Positions 36,676-45,999 of a DNA stretch of 59,638 nucleotides are shown here, piece after piece (position 1 is the stretch's first letter; every line of letters starts with the position of its first letter). The translations under genes were made by a program, and so were the position numbers. The stretch is taken from IMG/VR virus record IMGVR_UViG_3300044645_001220, positions 1 to 59,638 of that record. One strand, 5' to 3'. This DNA comes from a virus (lineage: Duplodnaviria > Caudoviricetes). The notes under the pieces are model-generated. The model searched no databases. It was not told the origin of the DNA and saw only the letters and a list, made by a program, of their open reading frames with translations.

Positions 36676-39600
36676 ATGTCCACCGGACTCCCTATGTTTG
36701 GCAATCAGATTCGCCAGCCTCGATCGCCATTTGCACCGGCGCAACCGATTCAGTCGCCGTTCCAAATTCCCGCATTTCAGAACCCAGCACCAGGAATCCC
36801 TCGGCCACAAGAGCCTCAGCTTCCTGAGTACGAGTTCACGGAGCAGCCGAAGGAAGAACAGCAGAGCATCATCCGAAGCATCGCCGACACTGGGATCAGT
36901 GGACTCCAGAAGGGGGCCAATCTTCTCAGCACGCCGGGGGACGTAATTCGGAACCTGATTGCCGGGAAGCCTCTCGGAGAATCGTTCGCCCCGCTTCTCA
37001 GCCCAACCTCCTCAGAGAACAGAACGACAGGACGGGACATTCTCAGGCAGCAGGGACTCATTGGCGACGAAGACACATGGGGCAACTTTCTTGCGGGTGT
37101 CGCCACCGAGATCGTCACCGATCCCCTGACTCTCCTGACAGGCGGTCTATCGAAGGGCGGTCAGCTTGCGGCCAGGGCCAAGGCTCTCGATACGGCGAAG
37201 TTCGCCGCCGCGAAGAAGCTGAACAAGGAAGTCGGTCGCGTCGGGCCACGACAAGCAAGAGCGATTACCACTCTCCGGGAGTTGATTGACGAAGCACCCA
37301 AAGAGCAGGCCGATACATTGCGAGCCATGCTTTCTAGGTACTCGCAAAAGCGGCAGGAAAAGATCCTCAATCAGACGCTTGGGGGGCCGCTTGCGTTCGC
37401 ACTTCCGGGAATGATGCCGATCGTTCCTGGACTCGGAAAGGCTGGAGAAGCATACACCGAGGGCGTGGACTCCCTGATGCGAGGGATTCAGTTTGGCAAG
37501 CCTCTGAAAGCTCTCGGAATCGACATCGCACCAGTCAACGATTTCCTCAATTTGTTCAGCAAGCGATCCAACGAAACTCGCTCCCCAACCGCCAGGGCCT
37601 ACGCACGCCAAGCATTCGAGGACCAGCAGGCCGGTCGATACGGCGCGAAGATGGAAGCCTATGACGTTATGGACGAACTCAAGGGAACTGAGTTTGTGAC
37701 AGAGGCAGGGCAGGAGAAACTTCGGGAATTGCTGACGGCAAAGACTGAGATCGGACTAACACCTCTCGACTTCCAGAATGCCGCAGCACCTCTAATGCGA
37801 GCAGGGTTTGTCAGGAATCAAGCAACTGACATCCAAAAGCTATTCACTGATCCAAAATTCCTTGCGACTCAAGACCAAGAAGTCGTAGATGCAGTGAACA
37901 ATCTGATTACGAACTTCGGCGTAAATAGCCCTAGTCAAGTGAATAGGCTCCAGGGACTCATGGAACTGAAGAGTCCTCTTGAGAGACAGCCGCAAAAAAT
38001 CCAGGAAGCCCTTGGCGTCCTGAAGGGGGCAGGGCAACGAATGCTCGATACTGCTCGGCACTACGGCATCCCAATGACTTACCTGAACGATATGTACGCC
38101 GACTACTTCGCTCGGCAAAAGGCCGGAGGGAAGGTCAAGGGAGCCACCCAGACGACAGCATTCGCAGCCAATGACTTTGGACAGAAGGCTCGACTTGACT
38201 TCTTCCGAGACATTCCGGGAGCAGAAAAGACACTCAACGAAGTTCTTTCGGACGAAGACATCTGGCAGCTTATCGACTCAAGTGCCGATTCGGACACGAT
38301 TGCCGAAGCGCTAAGGGCAAAGTTCGGGAACATTGTCCCAGATAGATACACGACCCTTGAGGAACGAAGGCGAATCGAGGCGATCAATAAAGAGATTGAC
38401 ATCAAGAATGCGAAAATCTCCAAGCAGAATCAGGAGCGAGTAGCGAAAGGCCAGGAGCCAAAGCCGCTGATACCCCGCAAAACACCAAAAACGAAAGACA
38501 GATTCAAGGCTCTTGGAAAGTTCATGGAGAACCAAGCGAGCGAAGACCTTGCTAATGGGATCTTCACCAACAGTCCGTTTGCAGACTTCATCGTTCGACG
38601 ATCGGTCGCGTCCGACTACGAGAAGCAACTTGAGAATGCCGTGAAACTTCTCGCAGAACCGGGGGTCATCCAGAACACATACGTTCGCGGGCAGAACCAG
38701 CCATTACTGAAGATGATTGCCAAGCTACGCCTGAAGCCAGGGCAGCTAGTGACGGATGAAGCTGGCGATCTCCTGCCGCTTGAGGACATGGATGGATTCC
38801 TTCCGAGAATCGCTGAGGAGCTTGAAAGACGAGGCATTGCACAGGCATCCGATATTGACCCAAAGGGAATGTTTGTCCGCAACGACATCGCTGAAGACAT
38901 CCTGCGATTCATCAAGCCGTTTACCGCCCCAGAGTCTACGACTCGCTGGTACGAGCTATACGATTCAGCAATGAACTTTCACAAGGCAATGCTCACCGGC
39001 GTTCGTCCAGCGTTCCACGTTCGCAACCTGATGAGTGCTACACTCAAGAATGCCCTGCGAAACATGATCGACGTTCAGTCGCTCAAAGACACATGGGATC
39101 TCATGCGAGGCAAGACGGTTCGGAATGCTAGCAAGATTCCCAAGGTGCGTGAATACTGGACTGAGATGGGCAACAGCCTTGACCAGCTTGACGACCAGAA
39201 AGCGACCGAAGTTCTCGGACGAATGCTGGCGGCATCTGGCCAGGGACCAAGGCTCGGAGGCGAACTGGCCAACAAGATCGGTGCAACCGTTGACCCAGAT
39301 CCGGGAAGCATTTCGGAAATACTTGGGGGCGTAACAGGCAGAGGAAACAAAGTCCTATCTTTCCGTGAGTTCGCTCGCAAAGTCGCCGGTATGTCTGACG
39401 ACAGTTCATGGAAGGTGAGGGACTGGATCAATGTTGACAAGCTAGCACCGATCACTTCCGGGAAATACTTGGGAGGTGCGATCGAGGCGTTCGCTAGAAC
39501 CAGCCCGATGATCTACCTGATGCGACAGGGCTACGATCCAGTTGTCGCGGCCAGGAGAGTCGCGGAGGCTCAGGTTGACTACGGTTCCAGGAACTACACG

Positions 39601-40479
39601 AAGCTCGAACTTCAGCGAATGACGAGGCTCTTTCCGTTCTACAAGTTCACCAGAGGGACCATTCCTGAAGAACTGCGGTATCTCGCCCAGAACCCCGGAG
39701 GGCTTGAATCTCAACTCATTCGGCAGTCTGGGAGAACTTCCGAGAACGATGAACTGACGCCCGATTACGTCGCCGAATCGGTGAGTATCCCAACGACCGG
39801 GACGCCACTGGATTACGGCAAGCCAGCGGGAACAGACAGGTACGTCACTGGGTTTGGGTTTGCGTTTGAAGATCCCTTCGCGTTCCTCAGCGGCGGCGGT
39901 CGCGGTGCGATCGGAGAGACTATCAGCCGAATGAACCCGCTTGTGAAGGGTGCAATCGAGTGGGGGTCGGGAGAGTCGTTCTTCCAGAGGACGCCTACCG
40001 GGGGCCGGGAGCTTGCAGACCAAGACCCAAACATCGGGCGACTGATGGCCAACCTGACAGGACTGGAAAAGCCAGTGCGATTCGCCTACCAAGAACCGAT
40101 CGAGTTCCTTGCGGCAAACAGCCCTATCAGCCCATTCCTAACGATTGCACGCCAACTGACCGATACCAGAAAGAACAGCCTTGCCAAAGCAGCAAACCTC
40201 CTGACGGGTATCAAAGTCACCGACGTAAGCCCAGCCGTCAAGGATCAACTGCTACGAGGATTCGTCGAACAGCAGATGGTCAAGAGAGGGGCCAAGCAGT
40301 TCCTTCGGACGTACTATCCAAAGGAAGAACTGGCGACACTTTCACCTGACGAACAGATGGAAATATTGCAACTTCAGAGCATTGCGAATATGCTTGCCGA
40401 GGAAACAAAGAAGCGCAAGGCGCTCAAGGAACAGGAAAAGCAACGTGCCAACCTGATGAAGTCTCAATCTATGGAGTGA
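36676..40479 (+). CDS. Large putative DNA-ejection protein (LPD-like C-terminal region)
   Basis: 1267 aa; TDPL, PAFHVRN, DY, LFPFY.F and NPLVK motifs typical of large podoviral internal proteins. Confidence 0.65.
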   Translation: MSTGLPMFGNQIRQPRSPFAPAQPIQSPFQIPAFQNPAPGIPRPQEPQLPEYEFTEQPKEEQQSIIRSIADTGISGLQKGANLLSTPGDVIRNLIAGKPLGESFAPLLSPTSSENRTTGRDILRQQGLIGDEDTWGNFLAGVATEIVTDPLTLLTGGLSKGGQLAARAKALDTAKFAAAKKLNKEVGRVGPRQARAITTLRELIDEAPKEQADTLRAMLSRYSQKRQEKILNQTLGGPLAFALPGMMPIVPGLGKAGEAYTEGVDSLMRGIQFGKPLKALGIDIAPVNDFLNLFSKRSNETRSPTARAYARQAFEDQQAGRYGAKMEAYDVMDELKGTEFVTEAGQEKLRELLTAKTEIGLTPLDFQNAAAPLMRAGFVRNQATDIQKLFTDPKFLATQDQEVVDAVNNLITNFGVNSPSQVNRLQGLMELKSPLERQPQKIQEALGVLKGAGQRMLDTARHYGIPMTYLNDMYADYFARQKAGGKVKGATQTTAFAANDFGQKARLDFFRDIPGAEKTLNEVLSDEDIWQLIDSSADSDTIAEALRAKFGNIVPDRYTTLEERRRIEAINKEIDIKNAKISKQNQERVAKGQEPKPLIPRKTPKTKDRFKALGKFMENQASEDLANGIFTNSPFADFIVRRSVASDYEKQLENAVKLLAEPGVIQNTYVRGQNQPLLKMIAKLRLKPGQLVTDEAGDLLPLEDMDGFLPRIAEELERRGIAQASDIDPKGMFVRNDIAEDILRFIKPFTAPESTTRWYELYDSAMNFHKAMLTGVRPAFHVRNLMSATLKNALRNMIDVQSLKDTWDLMRGKTVRNASKIPKVREYWTEMGNSLDQLDDQKATEVLGRMLAASGQGPRLGGELANKIGATVDPDPGSISEILGGVTGRGNKVLSFREFARKVAGMSDDSSWKVRDWINVDKLAPITSGKYLGGAIEAFARTSPMIYLMRQGYDPVVAARRVAEAQVDYGSRNYTKLELQRMTRLFPFYKFTRGTIPEELRYLAQNPGGLESQLIRQSGRTSENDELTPDYVAESVSIPTTGTPLDYGKPAGTDRYVTGFGFAFEDPFAFLSGGGRGAIGETISRMNPLVKGAIEWGSGESFFQRTPTGGRELADQDPNIGRLMANLTGLEKPVRFAYQEPIEFLAANSPISPFLTIARQLTDTRKNSLAKAANLLTGIKVTDVSPAVKDQLLRGFVEQQMVKRGAKQFLRTYYPKEELATLSPDEQMEILQLQSIANMLAEETKKRKALKEQEKQRANLMKSQSME

Positions 40480-40483
40480 CGAA

Positions 40484-40792
40484 ATGTCGGACTCGAACAA
40501 CGAAGAACTGATGGGATCGAAGACACTGGAGCGACGGCAGAGGATGTTTGGCAATAGGCCAATGCTGCGGCACTTCATTCGCGGCCAAATCCGAAACAAC
40601 CCCAAGCTGACGCCAGAGCAGAAGAATCAGCTACAGCAGGCCCTTCGGGATGGCGATGTCATTGATTCTGCCCTCCTAGAAATTGCCGCAAGGCCCCAGG
40701 CCCCGGCAGACGGAATCAGGTTTCTCGATTGGCTGCTTGACAACGCCGACGAGATTATCGCTATCATCATCAAGATCATCTCTCTCCTGTAA
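40484..40792 (+). CDS. Small protein with hydrophobic C-terminus
   Basis: FLDWLLDNADEIIAIIIKIISLL; SD GGAG. Confidence 0.7.
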   Translation: MSDSNNEELMGSKTLERRQRMFGNRPMLRHFIRGQIRNNPKLTPEQKNQLQQALRDGDVIDSALLEIAARPQAPADGIRFLDWLLDNADEIIAIIIKIISLL

Positions 40793-40809
40793 GGATTCAC
40801 GAAACTACG

Positions 40810-41607
40810 ATGAACGCCATCGCCCTTTTGACTACTGCGGTTTTCGCGATCGTCTTTCAAGACCCTGCCCAACTTTCTATCGTGGCTAGGCCGACGAAGG
40901 TGGTTGAGATCAAGTCAGAGTCTCAGCCTGAGATTTACGGGAAGACCGTCGTGGCCGAAGGGCTTACGGGTGCATCAGTTGTGTCGGCGGCGAAAGTCGT
41001 CGTCGAACACAACATGAAGTTCGTGGACGTTACAGCGAGAAAGTCGATCCAAGAGTCCGGGACTCTTGACCAAATCTCTCTGGCCCCTGGCGTGGTGGTT
41101 TACATTCTCACCGGAACCCCAGGGGATTACTTGATTGAGGCGGTCGCGTTTGACCCAGAACTGGGGATCAAGCGGCAGCAGATCGTCGTAAAGATCGAGG
41201 GCACTCAGCCCGTTCCGCCCGGACCTGGACCGGGGCCTGGACCAGAGCCGACGCCCGACCCAGCGCCCAACGTGCTGAACGACTACAACGTCGGCTTGGT
41301 CGCTTTTCAAAACGCTCCCAAAGACCCCGCTTTGGCCTTGAAGATTGCCGGATTCTACAAGGATGGTGCCGACAGGCTTTTCGGCCAGAGCGGGATTTCT
41401 GATATTCAGACGGTTATTCGTGACATCGACCGAAAGTTCCAGGACAAGCAATGCACTGACCAAGAATCGTGCAGGCAATGGAATATCTGGAAGAACGAAG
41501 TCACCAAGGCTCTTGCTCTTGAGCAGCAAAGGCGGAAGTTCTTTACGCGAGACAACTGGTTCTTCGCACTCAACGAGATTGCATCGGCACTGGAGCAAGT
41601 CAAATGA
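40810..41607 (+). CDS. Signal-peptide protein with a PGPGP linker
   Basis: N-terminal hydrophobic signal; PVPPGPGPGPGPEPTPDP linker between two domains. Confidence 0.75.
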   Translation: MNAIALLTTAVFAIVFQDPAQLSIVARPTKVVEIKSESQPEIYGKTVVAEGLTGASVVSAAKVVVEHNMKFVDVTARKSIQESGTLDQISLAPGVVVYILTGTPGDYLIEAVAFDPELGIKRQQIVVKIEGTQPVPPGPGPGPGPEPTPDPAPNVLNDYNVGLVAFQNAPKDPALALKIAGFYKDGADRLFGQSGISDIQTVIRDIDRKFQDKQCTDQESCRQWNIWKNEVTKALALEQQRRKFFTRDNWFFALNEIASALEQVK

Positions 41608-42374
41608 CGCTGGAACGAGGAACACTCGGATACGCCTGGGAGTTTGAACGCAAGGCCATGCTCGACAATCGGGGGGAGGAACCCCTGGAGCTTATGGCAA
41701 AGTTCAAGGATGTGCTTCCTAAGTTGGCAATCGACTCCGATCCGACTGGCGTGTACGACGTTCGCGACCAAGGAAGGCAAGGCTCCTGCCAGGGTCAAGC
41801 TCTTGCAGGGATCTTCGGCGCCTGCTTCTGGCTGCACACTGGACGCAAGATCAAGTTCAGTGCGGCGGCAGGGTACTACCTGTCGCAGAAGCGAGACGGG
41901 ATCGTTGGGGACCGAGGCTCCACCCTGAGCGGGGGCCAATGGGTTGCTACTCAGCATGGGATGTGCATCGAGGACGATTGGCCGTACCCGCAACAGTACA
42001 ACAACCGGGAGCCTCAGAACGCCAACTACGCATACAAGCTGGCCGTCACGAAGCCGTTTTCCAGAACCCAGGATTTGCTAGCCTGGATCGACCTGGGCTT
42101 GCCGGTTCAGATCGGGGTCATGTGGGGAGACTCATGTGATCGGGAAATCGTCAATAACTGGCAACCAGCAGGCGGTGGTCACTCGACGTTCTTCTGGTTC
42201 CGAAGCAAGAGCGGCAACGTCAGGAACATCAATTCCTGGGGCAAGCGATGGAACGGCGATGGCGTCCACGAATGGACCGAGGCGTCGATCGATCGAGCCA
42301 TCAAACACCGATACTCGACCTTCATCGGGTATGGTCCCGCCGAAATGATTCACCCAACTCCCGAACCAATCTGA
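41604..42374 (+). CDS. Papain-like (C1A) cysteine peptidase
   Basis: VRDQGRQGSC (oxyanion Gln, catalytic Cys), GGGH, NSWG..W..DG. Confidence 0.9.
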   Translation: MTLERGTLGYAWEFERKAMLDNRGEEPLELMAKFKDVLPKLAIDSDPTGVYDVRDQGRQGSCQGQALAGIFGACFWLHTGRKIKFSAAAGYYLSQKRDGIVGDRGSTLSGGQWVATQHGMCIEDDWPYPQQYNNREPQNANYAYKLAVTKPFSRTQDLLAWIDLGLPVQIGVMWGDSCDREIVNNWQPAGGGHSTFFWFRSKSGNVRNINSWGKRWNGDGVHEWTEASIDRAIKHRYSTFIGYGPAEMIHPTPEPI

Positions 42375-42381
42375 GGACAGC

Positions 42382-42678
42382 ATGAGCAAGACGCTTGACG
42401 CCAAGAAGAAAATGCGGTGCGGTGAAGTCAGGAAGTCCACGCGCCCAGGCAAGAAGGTGATGAAGAAGGTTTGTCAGGGCGGTGCCGAGCGATTGATTCA
42501 CGCAGGCGATACGCAGTACGGTCACAACATCAGCCCCGGTGCCAGGAAGAATTTTCGAGCCAGACACAACTGCGCAACAGCTAGCTCCAATACGCCAAGA
42601 GGACTGGCCTGCGAAGCACTCTGGACGGCTGGAGGCTCCAAGAAAACCACTGCCGCCAAGGGGCGAGCGGCAAAATAA
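42382..42678 (+). CDS. Small basic phage protein (RKNFRARHNC type)
   Basis: IHAG...RKNFRARHNC...AC..LW motif common in phages. Confidence 0.7.
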   Translation: MSKTLDAKKKMRCGEVRKSTRPGKKVMKKVCQGGAERLIHAGDTQYGHNISPGARKNFRARHNCATASSNTPRGLACEALWTAGGSKKTTAAKGRAAK

Positions 42679-42690
42679 TCCGCCTGACCA

Positions 42691-42719
42691 TTGACACAAG
42701 AACGCCCTCCGTGTAATCT
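42691..42719 (+). promoter_or_regulatory. Sigma70 promoter of the recombination/replication operon
   Basis: TTGACA-17 bp-TAATCT. Confidence 0.75.
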
Positions 42720-42756
42720 ATTGTCATTCGCTGGCAATTCATCACGGAGAAGGGCA

Positions 42757-43866
42757 ATGTTCAAGAAGCAAGAGACGAATCAGGCGTATCTCAAGGCAGG
42801 GATTCTCGGACTCCAGGGTTCCGGGAAGACGTTCACGGCAAAGGAACTCGCGATTGGGTTCCATGATCTTCTGCTGAAAAAGCAACTCCCAGGCGGTATC
42901 GGGACCGTGTTCATGGTCGATACGGAGACTGGATCTGGGTGGCTTGTCGAATCTTTCAGAAAGGCCGGAATCGCTCTCGAAGTCGATCACACTCGGTCGT
43001 TCGCTACCCTCTTGGATGATATGGACCACGTTGCAAGGGTCAACGGAATCCTGATTATCGACTCGATCACGCACTTCTGGCAGGACTTGGTTTTGTCGTA
43101 CAAGTCGAAGCAGCCAGAGTTTAAGCAGAAGCGGGTTACGTTCGAGGACTGGGGTGCGATTAAGAATCTCTGGAAGCCGTTCACTGACCGCTATCTGACC
43201 CAGCCGAACCATGTCATTATGCTTGGCCGCCAGGGATATGAGTACGCCCATATCGAGGATGAGGACGGCAAGAAGCAGATCAGCAAGGTCGGCGTCAAGA
43301 TGAAGGGCGAGACTGAAACCGGCTACGAACCTAGCCTCTTGGTGCTGATGCAGCGAGAGCAGGCGATGGACGATAACGGGAAACTGGCAAAGACGATCAG
43401 GACTGCGACGATCCTCAAGGATCGGTCAAATACGATGGACGGGATCGTCATCGAGAATCCCACGTTCGCCGACTTCATGCCGCATATCGCCAGCCTGAAC
43501 CTTGGAGGCGAGGTGATGGCGTTCGATCCAAAGGCCGACAGTGCCCACCTGTTTGTCTCTGAGTCTGAGAGAAATCAGCTTTACAACCAACGGAAGATCG
43601 TCCTTGAAGAAGTCAAGCAGGCGATTCAAAAGCGGTATCCTAGCCAGTCCGCCGAAGACAAGCAGGGTCGATTCAATTTGATGGAGGAGATTTTCAAAAC
43701 CAGGGCATGGACCCTGATTGAGAAACTTCACGTTGATGAACTGAAGACCGGATACGAAAGCATCTGTGCTAAGTTTGGATGGGAGCCTCTGCCTACTGTG
43801 GCGGCGAATAAGCGAATGGACTCCCATGCCAGCCAAACTATCTCGGCTGAAGAAACACCGTTCTGA
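42757..43866 (+). CDS. Sak4-like (AAA_24) ATPase/recombinase
   Basis: GLQGSGKT, DTETGS, LIIDSITHFW, YE, KDR; SD TCACGGAG. Confidence 0.8.
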   Translation: MFKKQETNQAYLKAGILGLQGSGKTFTAKELAIGFHDLLLKKQLPGGIGTVFMVDTETGSGWLVESFRKAGIALEVDHTRSFATLLDDMDHVARVNGILIIDSITHFWQDLVLSYKSKQPEFKQKRVTFEDWGAIKNLWKPFTDRYLTQPNHVIMLGRQGYEYAHIEDEDGKKQISKVGVKMKGETETGYEPSLLVLMQREQAMDDNGKLAKTIRTATILKDRSNTMDGIVIENPTFADFMPHIASLNLGGEVMAFDPKADSAHLFVSESERNQLYNQRKIVLEEVKQAIQKRYPSQSAEDKQGRFNLMEEIFKTRAWTLIEKLHVDELKTGYESICAKFGWEPLPTVAANKRMDSHASQTISAEETPF

Positions 43867-43906
43867 CCAAACTCTGGTCGCTTCTACCCTTTTTCTGGAG
43901 TGAGTT

Positions 43907-45238
43907 ATGAAAGTGCTGGAACTCGTTGCGCACAACGTCATGGGTGTTAAGGACGTTCGATTCGATCTTGAGGGACACAACCTGTTTCTCATCGGAGGAA
44001 AGAACGGGCAGGGAAAGACCTCTGCAATCAAGGCCCTGTTGATGGCCCTGTGCGGTCGATCGGGAATGAGCGACTATCCCGAAGTCGCATTACGCGAAGG
44101 CGAAGACTCTGGTTTTGTTACTGTCAAGTTGTCAGGAAGCCAGGAACTCCACGACGACAAGGGGTTCACCGTAAGGCTTCACATGAAACGGAAGGTCGGT
44201 GGCGGCGTGTCCGAGGAGTTTGAAGTCCTCGATTCGACCGGCGACCCAGCAGCCAGCCCAAGGGATCTTCTCAAGAGCCTCTACAGCCTCAAGGCATTCG
44301 ACCCGATGGCGTTCGAGAGAATGTCACCCAAGGAGCAACTGGCCTTGGTGGTCAAGCTGGTTGGCCTGGACCTGTCTGAACTCGATTCGGAATACAAGGA
44401 GAAGTATGCCGAGCGAACCCAAGTGAACAACGCAGGCAAGAAGCTGAAGGCAGTCGTTGACGCCATGAAGTCTCACGACGACGCGCCGAAAGCAATGGTC
44501 AGCATGGGCGATCTGGCCGACAAGATGAATGCGGCTGTCCAGCACAATAGCACGCTTGAGAAGATGCGAAGAAACATCGAATCTGGCATGAAGAACCTAC
44601 GGTCCACCGAAGAGCAGATCGAAGAGATCAATCAGAAGATCGAGCAGCTTGCAAAGAAAGCGGCTGACCTTGCTGCTCTATCGGCTTCGATGGAAGCCAG
44701 AATCAAGGCAGAGGAAGAAGAACTCTCCAACATGCCCCCGGAAATCGACGTTACCGAAATCAAGTCGCAGATGTCGGTACTCGAATCCCAGAACCAGAAG
44801 TTTCTGGAGAACAAGAATCGATCGGAAAAGCTCGCCGAACTGGAAGACATGCGAAGCCAGTCGGAGGCTCTGACCAATCGCCTCAAGCAGATCCTTGAGG
44901 AGAAGGCCAGCAAGATCAAGAATGCAAACTGGCCGGTTCCGGGGCTGTCTCTCACCGACGATTGCGTTCTCTACGAAGAACTTCCATTCCAGCAGGCCAA
45001 CAAAGCGAAGCGAGTGGAGATCTCTACCAAGATCGGGATGGCCCTCAATCCATCCCTTCGCCTCCTGGTGTGCGAGGACGGCTCAAGCCTGGACACTGAC
45101 ACTTTGTCAGTGCTGGACGAAATGCTGAAAGAAGGTGACTTCCAGATGATTATGGAAGTCGTTACCCGAACTCAGCAGGACAACGATCTATGCTCTGTTG
45201 TGATAAGGAACGGCCATGTCGATGCTGCTGCAAGTTGA
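43907..45238 (+). CDS. SMC/Rad50-like ABC ATPase with coiled coil
   Basis: GKNGQGKTS, long coiled coil, degenerate signature and Walker B (CEDGSSLD). Confidence 0.85.
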   Translation: MKVLELVAHNVMGVKDVRFDLEGHNLFLIGGKNGQGKTSAIKALLMALCGRSGMSDYPEVALREGEDSGFVTVKLSGSQELHDDKGFTVRLHMKRKVGGGVSEEFEVLDSTGDPAASPRDLLKSLYSLKAFDPMAFERMSPKEQLALVVKLVGLDLSELDSEYKEKYAERTQVNNAGKKLKAVVDAMKSHDDAPKAMVSMGDLADKMNAAVQHNSTLEKMRRNIESGMKNLRSTEEQIEEINQKIEQLAKKAADLAALSASMEARIKAEEEELSNMPPEIDVTEIKSQMSVLESQNQKFLENKNRSEKLAELEDMRSQSEALTNRLKQILEEKASKIKNANWPVPGLSLTDDCVLYEELPFQQANKAKRVEISTKIGMALNPSLRLLVCEDGSSLDTDTLSVLDEMLKEGDFQMIMEVVTRTQQDNDLCSVVIRNGHVDAAAS

Positions 45239-45998
45239 CCCCGAGTTTGAGTCATTCCTGGTCGATTGCCACGAAGAGGACGATGCTGCCCTAGAGGCAA
45301 GTCTTGTCGAATGTGGAGGGGCAAGAGATCCGATTGTGGTGTGGAAGGGCCACGGCGTTATTGTCGATGGCCACCGCCGATACAAAATCTGCCAGAGACT
45401 AGGATTCCCGTATCGCGTCGAGGAGATACACTTCGACGATCGAACGGCAATCCTGAAGTGGATGGCGAATTGGCAGTTCATGCGGCGGAACATGACTCCC
45501 GCACAACGGGCAGTCCTGGTCCACCGAATCGTCAATCAGCGAACGATCGAGTCGCCGTCGGCCCCGGTGACGGCAGTGGTTCGAGAAGTCGCCGAGCAGA
45601 CACAGCGAAGCGAACGACAGGTGTATCGCGATGCTGCGGCTGGAAGGGTGCTGGATACGGCCCCGGAGGAGATTCGTGAAGTTGCACTAGAAATGCCGCT
45701 CTCCGAAGTCTCTCAGATTGGGGCGATTCCAGAATCCGCCAAGGACGAGATTGTGTCGATCCACGACAAGGGCGAGCGGAAGAAGCGAATCAAGTCGGAG
45801 ATCGCCAAGACGAAATCCAAGGGCAAGCCCACCGGCCCATGCTCTCGGACATTGCAGGATGCGACAGAACTTCTTGCGCTACTGCAAAAGAAGTGCAGCG
45901 ATATTTCGCGGCAAGTGGATGACGCTCATGGATTCAAGACTCTTCGATTCCACTTCAAGGGAATCGACGACATGCTTGACACATGGAGGAGGAAGTAG
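45216..45998 (+). CDS. ParB/Srx N-terminal domain protein
   Basis: G.RDPIVVW..IVDGHRRY.IC, RRNMT. Confidence 0.8.
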   Translation: MSMLLQVDPEFESFLVDCHEEDDAALEASLVECGGARDPIVVWKGHGVIVDGHRRYKICQRLGFPYRVEEIHFDDRTAILKWMANWQFMRRNMTPAQRAVLVHRIVNQRTIESPSAPVTAVVREVAEQTQRSERQVYRDAAAGRVLDTAPEEIREVALEMPLSEVSQIGAIPESAKDEIVSIHDKGERKKRIKSEIAKTKSKGKPTGPCSRTLQDATELLALLQKKCSDISRQVDDAHGFKTLRFHFKGIDDMLDTWRRK

Positions 45999-45999
45999 A

